A stretch of 64,000 bases of DNA from a virus: positions 6,836-70,835 of the IMG/VR virus record IMGVR_UViG_3300020455_000012. One strand, written 5' to 3'. Made by a program: the position numbers and the translations under genes. Every line of letters begins with the position of its first letter. Within the stretch, counting starts at the first letter, position 1. Positions 52,001-60,300 of this stretch are shown in pieces. The notes beneath the pieces are model-generated. The model saw nothing but the letters and a program-made list of their open reading frames with translations. It did no database searches and had not been told where the DNA came from.

Positions 52001-55000
52001 CTCTGTAGTTAATTTAACAAAAAATAGTGTTACTATTCCAGAGCACTTCTTCGTAAGTGGTGAGGAAGTTACTTATGCTGCTACTGGTGATAGTAGTCCT
52101 ATTGGAATTGCAACTACAACTATTACTGGCATTGGAACTACTAGTCTTCTTCCTTCTACACTTTATGCAATTAAGATTGATGAAACCACTCTTAAATTTG
52201 CTAAGACTGCCGAAGATGCATTAAAGACTGTTCCAAATGAAATACATTTGACATCTGTAGGAGTAGGAGCAGCTCATACAATAACTTCACGGAATCAAAA
52301 TACTAAGTGTTTAATTGGATTGGATAATGCAATCCAACAACCAATTGTTTCTACTGCTGTCACCACTGGAATAACAACTCAAATAGGAATTGCTGATGTT
52401 GTTGTACAAGTCTCTGGAATTACTTCTTTCTTTGGGGGAGATTTAATTCAGATCAATGAAGAGATTATGAAGGTTAATACAGTAGGATATGGTACTACCA
52501 ATCACCTATTAGTTGATCGTCAATGGATGGGAACAGCATTAGGAATTCATACTCAAAATTCTATAGTTACTAAAGTTGAAGGTGATTATAATATTGTGGA
52601 TAATACTATTAACTTTATTACTGCACCTAAAGGGCCTGATCCAATAAGTTCCACAACTAATGAACCTGATAGTAGAGATTGGGTAGGAATTACTACATTC
52701 TCAACTTTCCAAGGAAGAACCTTCATGAGAGGGGCAGCTGCAAATAGTAGTAATAGACCTTATGCTACTAACCAAGTTTTTGATGATATTTCAGAAGGAT
52801 TTACAGGTGTTGGAAAAACATTTACTTTAAAATCTGATGGATCAAATGCAGTAGGATTCTCTACTAATAATGGAGTTATTCTTATAAATGGAGTATTCCA
52901 AGGACCGACTGGTGGATTATCCACATATCAAGATTATATTTTATCTGAAGGTTCTGGAATTACTACTATAACATTTACAGGAACCGCAACTTCACTTGCT
53001 AGTGATCCTAATAATTCTAATATTCCTGTTGGTGGTGTGGTTGCTTCTGTTGGTTCTACTGGTGGTTTAGGATATCAACCACTTGTAGCTGCTGGTGGAA
53101 CCGCAATTGTTTCTGCTGCTGGAACCGTATCTTCTATTAGTATTGGAAATAGTGGATCAGGATATAGAGTAGGAGTTCAAACAGTTGTTAACGTTGCTAT
53201 TCAAACAGGAACTAATGTTCAAACTGAATTAATAGGTATTGGTACTGCTGCAATTACTGCTGGTCATATCACAGGAATAGCAATTACCAACAGTCAAGTC
53301 ATTTATATACCGAGAGCAATCTATGATGTGGGATATACATCAACGACTGGTATCACAACCATCACTACAACGACAGCCCACGGTCTTCTAATAGGGCAAG
53401 AAGTCAAGTTAGCAGGAATTGCATTCACGTGCGATTACCTCCCTGCTGTGGGCGTTCAGAGTGCTGTATATGATAATACTACAGGTATCATGACAGTCAC
53501 TACATCTAGTGCTCATGGATTGTCTGTAACGGGTAAGGCAAGTGATGTAGTGCTTACTGGATTAGCATTTACTTGTTCATTAGATGATGGAGCAGCTACT
53601 CATTCATATCCAAGAACTAGTGATCCTGCTTATGGAGGAACACCTGTTACTGGAGTGGCAAGTGTTACTCAATTTACGATAAATGTAGGGGTTTCCACTG
53701 TTCCTACTTTCTATGCATCTGGTGGTACAATACAACCTGCGTTGATTGCACCTAGAGATATAAACAATTCTGATAGTGGTACTGATCCTGCTGCTAGTGG
53801 ATCTTCAGTATTGACTGTTGGTAATACTACTTCCTTTACTATTAATAGTGGAATTTCTACACGAACACATTTCTATTCAAGAGGTGGAACTGTTAATAGA
53901 CAAATGGATGTAATAATTGATGAACCACTAGGATATACAAATATTCCTCTAGTTTATAGTTCTGATTCTACCGCAGGAATTGGAACACAAGCTACTGTTG
54001 ATATTGTAGTAGGTCAAGGATCAAGTGTTTCTCAGTTTGAAATAAAAAATACTGGATATGGATATCAGGATAATCAAATTCTAACCGTTCCTAAAATGGG
54101 AACAACGGGTATTCCTACAGATCCATCAAAATCTTTTGCAGAATTCCAGATTACTATACAGGATGTTTCTACAGATTCATTTGCTGGTTGGACTTTTGGA
54201 CAACTGGAAGTATTGGATAAAATTCAAAGTCAATTTGATGGAGTTAAGAGAACATTTACTCTTCAGAAAGATGGAGCTCCAATTACTATTAGAGCGAGAG
54301 AAGGATCAAACATTGATGTTCAATCAACTATTCTTGTTTTCATTAATGATGTATTACAAGTTCCTGGAGATGGGTATACTCTTGCTAATGGAAGTATATT
54401 GACATTTGCTTCAGCTCCTAAAGGACGTGAAACAGATGGTTCATTTGATGGAGATACTTGTAAGATTTTATTCTATAAAGGAAGTGGAGATGTTGATGTT
54501 ACTTTTAGAGATGTTTTAGAAACTGTTAAGAAAGGAGATATTCTTACTATTCAAGGAGATGCCGATCTTTGTGCTAATTCTCTAAAACAAGGTGATAGAT
54601 TAGTAAATGAAATTGCTGCTTCTGATGTAGTTAATACAAATGCTTATACGGGTGTAGGTATTAATGGTGATCCTGATTGTAAGAGAACAGTTACATGGAC
54701 TAAACAGGGAGTTGATAAGATTATTAATGGTCAAGTAATTAGTAAGAGTCGTGAAGAATTAGAAGCATTGGTTAATCCTACTACATTTATTATTCAATCA
54801 GTGGGTGTAGGTTCAACTGTGATATTTGTAGAAAGTGTAAGAACATTCTTTGATGCAAGTAATGAAGATCAAACAACTGCCAAGACTCAAAAGATTTCTC
54901 TAACTTCTCAGGATAATATTGTAGGGGCTTCTGCAACTGCTGTTGTATCTGCTGCTGGCACAATATCTTCTGTTGTGGTTAGTTTAGGGGGTACAGGATA

Positions 55001-55748
55001 TACTGCTGCACCTAATGTGATCATTGGTACTCCTGTTGGTTTAGGAACTACAACTAGAGCATCTGTTACATCCACTCTTACTGGAGATGCAGTTTCTGCT
55101 ATCACAGTTACTTCTCCTGGCACAGGATATACCAATACTTCTGCACCTGAAGTTCTTATTGAAGTTCCTAATGTAACAAGAGAAATAAATGATTCCTCTA
55201 CTTATGAAGGTGACTTCGGAGAAATCGTAGGAGTTGGTACAACCTGTGTAGGTGTCGCATCTACAGGCATTGTATTTGATATGTACATTCCTACCAATTC
55301 TTATTTAAGGGACACTTCTATAGTTGGAACTGCTGTTACAATAAGTGGCATTCAAACTGGATATTACTTTACAGTTTCTAATAGTAATATTGGAAATGGT
55401 GTAACATCGATCTATCAGAATAGATCAGTCTTAGGAATAGGAACTACCTTCCTAGATAATGTATATGAAGTCGCTGCAGTTTCTGTTGCACAAACTTCAG
55501 TACCTGGTATTGCTAATACATATGTGGCTAGAGTAACAACTAGTGTTTCTAGTTTCAATTCCCTATCAGGTGTGGGTGTGAGTGAGTTGTTTGGAAGTTT
55601 CTCATGGGGAAGAATAACACTAGGATCAAGACCTAGTGCTGCTGTTACATCCTTTACTGCCTATACGCAAAACGGATTTACTGGCATCTCTACATCAGCA
55701 GTGGTGAGTAGAGTTTCTCCTTTAAAATCTCAAGATTATTCTAGTTAA
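43005..55748 (+). CDS. gp7: giant baseplate wedge initiator gp7-like protein (4247 aa)
   Basis: Between gp6 and gp8; QLPSFV.ED, FY.TKGT..SFKILF, YYQNFSY...HPTG motifs; many G.GY...P repeats. Confidence 0.8.
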   Translation: MISTDLQRVQIQNIVENQLPSFVQEDFPLLGEFLKEYYVSQEYPGASADLIQNIDEYLKLESLTNNSNQTQLGSDVGYQDTTITVTFDLNKGIFGTYQFPDRYGLIQIDNEIILYTEKTNTTFKGCVRGFSGVTSYKALDAIDKLQFSQSDINPHGAGSTVINLSALLLNEFLIKVKKQVSPGFEDRVLDSDLNERLFISRSKDFYETKGTDESFKILFGALYGEKVDVIKPREFLFKPSDAQYRITKDLVVQSIQGDPLDLLNSTLYQNAAHFGDHYCVEEAYAPISDVAKIAIGNSDYYKLSLDYGYARDVPLKGSVFGEFIIHPNTQIITEVAVGSSVVDVDSTIGFPEAGELYAVYGTGVTGILTYRSKSVNQFFGVGLANTTTVGVTTAINSKENIRLNIDAYGYVGLGTTTKISVRIGGVLADPIIPENTYYFDKDDTISIRSLGITTSSAKVDNWFYNVATKYDIESITLVDSSDFTYTLVTQAKNNFRLGDKVTITDSLGSTKDSTVTEVISAYSFSIKGQGVIATAKYTVQRQILRGKVKTSLSDYSYIDNYFANIQNTYVKFNQDLVVASSSIPNYYNAPLDFYDRKITLNGEYSGSEFTILDVEDHGYYTGDAVYYNSYDIETKDFLGNTTKVISKFPEMDPGIFFVNRLNKNQFQLATSPANISNNSFVSVSGIVTSNTLEYINFHNKDVEHQLLLKEIKAPVNDDGNYDTEPGTRTGILVNGVEILNYKSNESVYYGSIKEFDVASKGTGYDVINPPILHVSDNVGSGATGICAIKGSLIDVNITDPGFDYVSTPTVTISGGNGTGASASASLKSIDHSVSFNATADSARVDLTDSTIGFSTFHKFRNGEKVIYKTNGQTAVGGISTDAIYYVHTVGVSTIKLYKSETDAIKAGINTISLSSFGVGVQEFHSFDKKQILSNIIIDNPGSGYENKKRTIVSSVGINTSLNQININDHGYKSKEIIQYSYNVDQISGINSNTNYIVTEVDNNNFKLSSVGVGTTTKFLYYDTEQYIDLTISGLGTGTHTFNYEPITVSLTGEIGVITATGQDFRAKLQPLFKGSLESVQVTSEGSQYGSSDIINYDRQPLMTLNSGSGAEITAIINNGRIVEAVVDNQGQGYNAPPNLVVSGRGYNCKLVPIIEDGKITRVRIHNPGIGYTGSVGVGVTVDDSNAKLRAKIQTWSVNLFQKYLNIISDDDGILAESENSELGIEYTHLYAPRKLRESLYVRDQDNNVKYGLLDLQKVDEEEVSASFHSPIIGWAYDGNPIYGPYGYTERTGGFIKAMESGYKPVTGTNRPSLSIFPQGFFVEDFEFDNSGDLDEHNGRFCITPDYPEGVYAYFATINPTVIENSGPFNRYRMPEFPYLIGNSFKSQPNSFNYDNSIDQQSYDFNNTTWFRNTTPYSLTEQNAYYDFLQQPNKEKTQLIDINLVSHGSIDKVGILTGGNNYKVNDDIHFQKINEKQQAKAKVSKVGGKVVNTISVASSTISDLEISPFDSNGGYIAFSTSPHNFTNLNLVSLSGFNTSTDYLQGSFNIGVKTESVLLAGAAATIGATGIVTYFGISGSLSNDLLSIRENDILGIGTETIKVLQVDRVNSRLRVLRAQESTMGSAHTAGSAITEDSRKFTFKSSPENEVTFELNKEIYFEPKETLGIGTLAGVGIGTTISFSNPGAGITQVYIQTEALYLPNHGLKSGDVVNYKTNTGDAIGVSTDGITLYNLPTDAPLYIGKISNDLVGIQTFQVGIGSTGTFVGIASTTVNRGLLRLTGIGTGVYHSFKTVKNNVVNAEGHRNTVTVATASTHGLQFNDNVTINAQPGIGTTVTVKYNDFNRRIVFDPKSFVAGNVDTTDNTIEISNHGFSSGEKVIHTATSSSGGLEDNKMYYIFKYSTSKVKLCLSKYQSEQFEPEFVNITSASAGTLSAINPTLNSYKNHKVRFDLSDSSLAGFVGISSYSAFDFNLYTDSDFKNRFYSSSTTNVFEVSKSGEVGISTDAGLTLSVSNKLPDILYYKFTPINKSLVSESKSGIVIDKEITGFNQIEIKDSLYSGTYAVTGIGTTNTFTYNLVTRPEKPSYSESESLLEYSTDSTTAYGAIADIELKYKGSGYSEIVGISSINTGVGTKAILEPSSESIGKIVSTEIENIGFDYSADNTIRPVANFPEILQIESLTSFQKIGISSAGKNYSIAPNLIVIDGYTGKQVTDVDLKYEIGDQQVTILKNTKGIYNTPPTLIPTGNVNGIGINTISYDSTTQNVTVGLDTAFSDSSPFSVGDKVLIENVSVGVGTSGYGYNSSKYEYTLFTLTDVNIPLGGSVGFVTYSLAGLLPANALPGNQDVLNSAGVIIPQKYFPQFDIKLQKNNFITGEQVSSGNKIGKVESWNNNSETLKISSSDEFDVGDLIIGNTSETQGTIDSKINFESDIEINAGSIVKKGWQRETGFLNNNLQRLPDNVYYQNFSYSLKSKVSMHKWDDAVNKLSHPTGFLKFSDLVVESNSDSTDIIANDSDLFIFIDSIGVVDINAYSSFDLVTENSLSISDTKTLSNQVYFNSRVLTDYYESVGNRVLTIDDFSTSFNSDPRSTRFSVADEFPVNQRSKKFLTLVKDKTFTGERQVMIVSLLQNGVKGYINQYGRIESAVDLGSFDFTVSGTSGQLLFYPTKYSVNNYSISSVSLDLVGLNTTGIGSTTLGNFVNINSTQTSVPTGTATTIVGIASTYRSSKVLVQINADNGRMEYDELNILHDGTTVDLLEYGQITTDDSIVGGGAGLGTYTASMSTGDIIVQFVPHAGIAASVDTIRVSIADTASGSTGIGTQFLGNGQEDIAFIDSSYTVINASGSPTENLIAQYDINNTVETNDHNAAYYLLSVEDVTNNRYEMSEVIVLNDSSETYMTEYGNITSVAGLGTVGSAVSSNYVNLYYTPNASTHVQVRVFQMSLQIAAENSAITSVDEIDLNNASINCGFGNYEGTEVDVLRAFNLTHDGRNIFAREFDGSDSSVVNLTKNSVTIPEHFFVSGEEVTYAATGDSSPIGIATTTITGIGTTSLLPSTLYAIKIDETTLKFAKTAEDALKTVPNEIHLTSVGVGAAHTITSRNQNTKCLIGLDNAIQQPIVSTAVTTGITTQIGIADVVVQVSGITSFFGGDLIQINEEIMKVNTVGYGTTNHLLVDRQWMGTALGIHTQNSIVTKVEGDYNIVDNTINFITAPKGPDPISSTTNEPDSRDWVGITTFSTFQGRTFMRGAAANSSNRPYATNQVFDDISEGFTGVGKTFTLKSDGSNAVGFSTNNGVILINGVFQGPTGGLSTYQDYILSEGSGITTITFTGTATSLASDPNNSNIPVGGVVASVGSTGGLGYQPLVAAGGTAIVSAAGTVSSISIGNSGSGYRVGVQTVVNVAIQTGTNVQTELIGIGTAAITAGHITGIAITNSQVIYIPRAIYDVGYTSTTGITTITTTTAHGLLIGQEVKLAGIAFTCDYLPAVGVQSAVYDNTTGIMTVTTSSAHGLSVTGKASDVVLTGLAFTCSLDDGAATHSYPRTSDPAYGGTPVTGVASVTQFTINVGVSTVPTFYASGGTIQPALIAPRDINNSDSGTDPAASGSSVLTVGNTTSFTINSGISTRTHFYSRGGTVNRQMDVIIDEPLGYTNIPLVYSSDSTAGIGTQATVDIVVGQGSSVSQFEIKNTGYGYQDNQILTVPKMGTTGIPTDPSKSFAEFQITIQDVSTDSFAGWTFGQLEVLDKIQSQFDGVKRTFTLQKDGAPITIRAREGSNIDVQSTILVFINDVLQVPGDGYTLANGSILTFASAPKGRETDGSFDGDTCKILFYKGSGDVDVTFRDVLETVKKGDILTIQGDADLCANSLKQGDRLVNEIAASDVVNTNAYTGVGINGDPDCKRTVTWTKQGVDKIINGQVISKSREELEALVNPTTFIIQSVGVGSTVIFVESVRTFFDASNEDQTTAKTQKISLTSQDNIVGASATAVVSAAGTISSVVVSLGGTGYTAAPNVIIGTPVGLGTTTRASVTSTLTGDAVSAITVTSPGTGYTNTSAPEVLIEVPNVTREINDSSTYEGDFGEIVGVGTTCVGVASTGIVFDMYIPTNSYLRDTSIVGTAVTISGIQTGYYFTVSNSNIGNGVTSIYQNRSVLGIGTTFLDNVYEVAAVSVAQTSVPGIANTYVARVTTSVSSFNSLSGVGVSELFGSFSWGRITLGSRPSAAVTSFTAYTQNGFTGISTSAVVSRVSPLKSQDYSS

Positions 55749-55756
55749 CAATCTTT

Positions 55757-55764
55757 GATAAATA
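55757..55764 (+). promoter_or_regulatory. T4-type late promoter
   Basis: GATAAATA upstream of gp8. Confidence 0.65.
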
Positions 55765-55784
55765 AGTAAAAAAACTATCGCAAA

Positions 55785-57338
55785 ATGGCTGCAATTATAA
55801 CTGATCAACTTCGTATATTAAATACTAAAGATTTTGTTGCCAGTGTAGCATCGACAACTAATTCATTTTATACGTGGATTGGTTTACCGAATGCTACACA
55901 GGTTGATTCTGATTGGAATACGACTCCACCTGATCCACGGGATAGTTTTAATCAAGAGAATGAATATTGGGATACAATGATAGCCTTGAAAAAGGTAGAT
56001 ACTACAGATGTGAAGCAAGTTGTTCAGAAAAATGTATGGGCATCAGGTATTACCTATGACATGTATAGAAACGATATTAAAGCAGAAAATCCTTCTAAAC
56101 CTTCTAATGCCATTACATTATATGATGCAAATTATTTTATTGTAAATTCCGATTATAAAGTTTATATTTGTCTTCAGAATGGAACAGATCCTGATAATCC
56201 AGAAGGAAAAGCATCATTAGATGAACCAACTTTTACTGATCTAGAACCTAGAGCAGCGGGTAGTAGTGGTGATGGATATATTTGGAAATATCTTTATACT
56301 ATTAAACCAGGTGATATTGTAAAATTTGACTCTACCAACTTTATGCCTGTTCCTGCACATTGGGCAACTAATACTACTGATGCTGCAGTAAGAGATAATG
56401 CATCTACTAGTGGGCAACTTAAGATTGTTACTATCACTAATAGAGGAATTGGATTAGGCACTGCTAATCAAACTTATACGCAAGTTCCTATTAATGGTGA
56501 TGGTGCTGGTGCAGAGGCAACTGTTGTAATCAATAGTTCGTCAAAAGTAGAGTCAGTAACCGTTTCAAAAGGTGGTTCTGGTTATAGTTTTGGAACATTG
56601 GATTTAGAAGCAGGTTCAGTTCCCACAGGAACAACTGCGGCTGCATTTAATGTCATTATTCCTCCTCAGGGTGGACATGGTGCTGACATTTATAGAGAAC
56701 TAGGAGCCAAGAATGCTCTTGTTTATTCACGCATTGAAAACGATACTGAAAATCCTGATTTCATTACAGGACAAGAATTTGCTCGTATTGGTATAGTTCA
56801 AAATCCAGAAGCATATGGTTCTACTGAAAATTTAGAACTAGATAAAGCAAGTGCTGTATATGCTTTAAGATTAACTGGTGCTGGTTCTAGTACTGCTACA
56901 TTTACTGCAGATGATTTTGTTACTCAAACTATAGGGATTGGATCCACTGCTGTAGGAAGAGTTATTTCTTATGATCAAACAACTGCTGTTCTTAAGTACT
57001 GGCAGGATAGATCTACTGCTGGTTTTAATACTAACGGTAGTGCAAATACGGATCCTACTTATGGATTCCAAATGGACAGATTTACTGCAAACATTAAATC
57101 GGGTGGATCATTTACCATTAATGGTGGATCAACTGCATTATCAATTAGCACATCATTTACAGGTGTTTCTACTGTAATAAATAGTAGGACTTATTATCTT
57201 GGTCAGTCATTTACTGCAGGTGTGGCTAATCCAGAAGTTAAAAAATATTCTGGCGATATTATTTACGTTGATAATAGACCGTCGATCACTAGATCAACAA
57301 ACCAAAAAGAAGATATCAAAGTCATTTTGCAATTCTAA
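55785..57338 (+). CDS. gp8: baseplate wedge subunit gp8
   Basis: MAAIITDQLRI, VYICL.N, DGYIWKYLY, SGDIIYVDNR..ITR...QKEDIK. Confidence 0.92.
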   Translation: MAAIITDQLRILNTKDFVASVASTTNSFYTWIGLPNATQVDSDWNTTPPDPRDSFNQENEYWDTMIALKKVDTTDVKQVVQKNVWASGITYDMYRNDIKAENPSKPSNAITLYDANYFIVNSDYKVYICLQNGTDPDNPEGKASLDEPTFTDLEPRAAGSSGDGYIWKYLYTIKPGDIVKFDSTNFMPVPAHWATNTTDAAVRDNASTSGQLKIVTITNRGIGLGTANQTYTQVPINGDGAGAEATVVINSSSKVESVTVSKGGSGYSFGTLDLEAGSVPTGTTAAAFNVIIPPQGGHGADIYRELGAKNALVYSRIENDTENPDFITGQEFARIGIVQNPEAYGSTENLELDKASAVYALRLTGAGSSTATFTADDFVTQTIGIGSTAVGRVISYDQTTAVLKYWQDRSTAGFNTNGSANTDPTYGFQMDRFTANIKSGGSFTINGGSTALSISTSFTGVSTVINSRTYYLGQSFTAGVANPEVKKYSGDIIYVDNRPSITRSTNQKEDIKVILQF

Positions 57339-57344
57339 AGAATT

Positions 57345-60300
57345 ATGTCTCAGGAAACCAATCTAAACGTCGCACCTTACTTTGACGATTTTAATGCAAA
57401 TAATGACTATTATAAAGTATTATTCAAACCTGGAACTCCAGTACAAGCAAGGGAATTAAATAATCTTCAATCGATTTTACAAAATCAGATTGAACAATTT
57501 GGTCAACACTTTTTTAAAGAAGGTGCAAAAGTTGTTCCAGGTAATACTACGTATAATACTCAATATTATGCCATAGAACTTGAACAAAATTTTTTAGGAT
57601 CTCCTGTATCTAATTATTTGGGACAGTTAGTAGGATTAAAAATTACGGGATTATCTTCTGGTGTAACTGCGATTGCGGAAAAATGTGTTCTTGCAAAAAA
57701 TTCAGAAAGAGGAACTCCTACTCTTTATTTGAGATATCTAGGATCAGACTCTACTAATAACCTTTCTAGTATTTTTCAGGATAATGAATTGTTATCAGCT
57801 AGTGGAGATATAATTTCGGGGGGTACTACTATTGCAGCAGGTGAAGCATTTGCGAGTACTTTAGTAACTAATGCGTCTTCTGTTGGATCTTCTTTTTCTA
57901 TTTCTGATGGAATTTATTTTGCTAAAGGTAATTTTGTAGAAGTTAAAAAAGAGACACTTCTTTTAGATGAATATTCTAATACACCTAGTTATCGAGTTGG
58001 ACTTTTTATTGATGAAGAAATAATTAATTCTGATATGGATCCTTCATTGAATGATAATGCGGGAGGATTTAATAATTTTGCGGCTCCTGGAGCAGATAGA
58101 TTAAAAATCACAACTTCTCTAATTAAAAAAGAATTAGATGATTTTGATGATAATAATTTTGTCGAGTTAGGGACTATAGAAAATGGTGTGTTGAGGTCTA
58201 AACCTAATACGGGACAATATAATCTACTTAATGATGAATTAGCTAGAAGAACCTATGCAGAATCAGGGGATTACTATGTTCGTCCATTTGGTATTGATGT
58301 AAAAGAATCTTTAAATAATTATCAAGGAAATAATGGTGTTTATAATACAAATCAATTGACTGCTGCAGGACAGATTCCTTCAGACGATTTAGCATTATAT
58401 AAGATATCACCAGGTAGAGCCTTTGTAAAAGGATATGATATAGAAACTAGAAATTCCAATTATCTAGATGTTTCTAAACCAAGAACAACTAAGACTTTAG
58501 AAGATCAAGGAATAAATTATAATACTGGTGCAACTTTAAAATTAAATAAGGTATTTGGAACCCCACAGATAGGTATTGGTAATACATATGTTCTAAGTTT
58601 AAGAGATACAAGAGTAGGAACTGCTGCAACTCTTCCTGCAGGTAAAGAAATAGGATTAGCAAGAGTATATGATTTTGATCTAGAGTCTGGATCTTATGAT
58701 AGAGCTAATGAAAATATTAATGAATGGGATGTTACTCTTTATGATATTCAGACAGTCACAGAGTTAACTTTAAATGAAAATATTACATTAACTGTTCCAA
58801 GTCATATTAAAGGAAAGTATAGTGGAGCAACTGCATTTATAAAATCTCCTGTTTCTGCGGGTGTTGCTGTAACTGTTTACGATGTGCAGGGTGATTTTAT
58901 AAAGAATGAAAATTTCATTATAGATGGTGTAGAAAATACAAGAGTTGCGGTTGCAGTAACTAATTACGGTATTTCCGATATAAAGTCCGTTTTTGGTAAT
59001 ACAAACGGGCCTGACATGAATACAGTGGGTGCTGCACAAACATTCTCTGCAGATACAATTTTGACTCCAATCACTTCAATTGGTGTTGGAACCATTAGTC
59101 AATTTAAGAATGATGCTGTAAGTGGTAGCATAAGCACAATAAGAAGTACAAGTCCTAATTTCCCAGGCCAAATAAAAACAGGGAATTTAATTAGATTTAG
59201 TGGAACTAATACAGTAGATCCAGTTCTTACTTCTGTTGTAAGTGTAGGCACAACTCATGTTGTTGTTACTGGAGTTACTACTGTTACTGGTGTAGCACAG
59301 GGATTACTACCTAGTTCTGTAACTCAAGTTTCTGATCTTGCTGTGGTTGGAGCAGATCTTCAAAAAGCATCTGATGTTTCTTTCTATACTAAACTTCCTA
59401 AAGATAATATTTCTAATGTAGATCTAACTGATGCATCTTTGACTATTAGAAAAACTCAGAATGTTAATATTACAGGTGGGCAACTTTCAGCTGCTGTTGA
59501 AACATCTACTAATGAAACATTTTTACCTTTTACTGCTTCAAGATATTCTTTAGTAAGAAGTGATGGAACCACTGAAGTTTTAACTAGTGATAAAGTTCAA
59601 ATAAATGCTGCATCCAATTCTCTTCAAATTTATGGTTTAGGGGGTAATGATGATGCTGTTCTTATTACTACAATAAAGAAACTTAAACCCAAAGCTAAAA
59701 TAAAGTATAGAAATAGAGTTAATACTTTATTAGTCGATAAATCTACTAATGATGCATCTGGTATTACTACGTTAACTGCAAATGATGGATTGACTTATGG
59801 AAATTATCCATACGGAACCAGAGTTCAAGATCACGATATTTCTTTAAATGTTGCAGACGCTCTCACCGTTTATAAAGTTTATGAATCTGCAAATACTTCG
59901 GATCCTTCTGCTCCAACATTGACTCTTTCATCATTAACTGGACCTACAGGAAAAACTGCGGATTTAGTTATAGGTGAAAAAGTTAAAGGAAAAACTAGTA
60001 ATGCCTGTGCATATGTTGCAGAATCTGTAACTAATTCTCAAATTACTTTCTTGCCACAAAATGAAATTAATTTTAAAGAGGGTGAAACAGTTGTATTTGA
60101 AGAATCTCAAATTGAGGGTGTTGTAACAACTATTGATGCTTCTAGTTTAGATATTTCAGGTAATTTTGAGTATCAAAATGGTCAAAAAGAAGATTTTTAT
60201 AATTATTCAGTTGTTAATAGAAAATCAGATACAAAAGCACCAAATAAAAAGATAAAAATTTATTTTGCTAATGGTTATTATCAATCAACTGATGATGGGG

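Noticed and set aside
43005-55748. Intein or intron explaining gp7 size
   Set aside because: No intein splice motifs or LAGLIDADG signature noticed; length is explained by repeated structural modules
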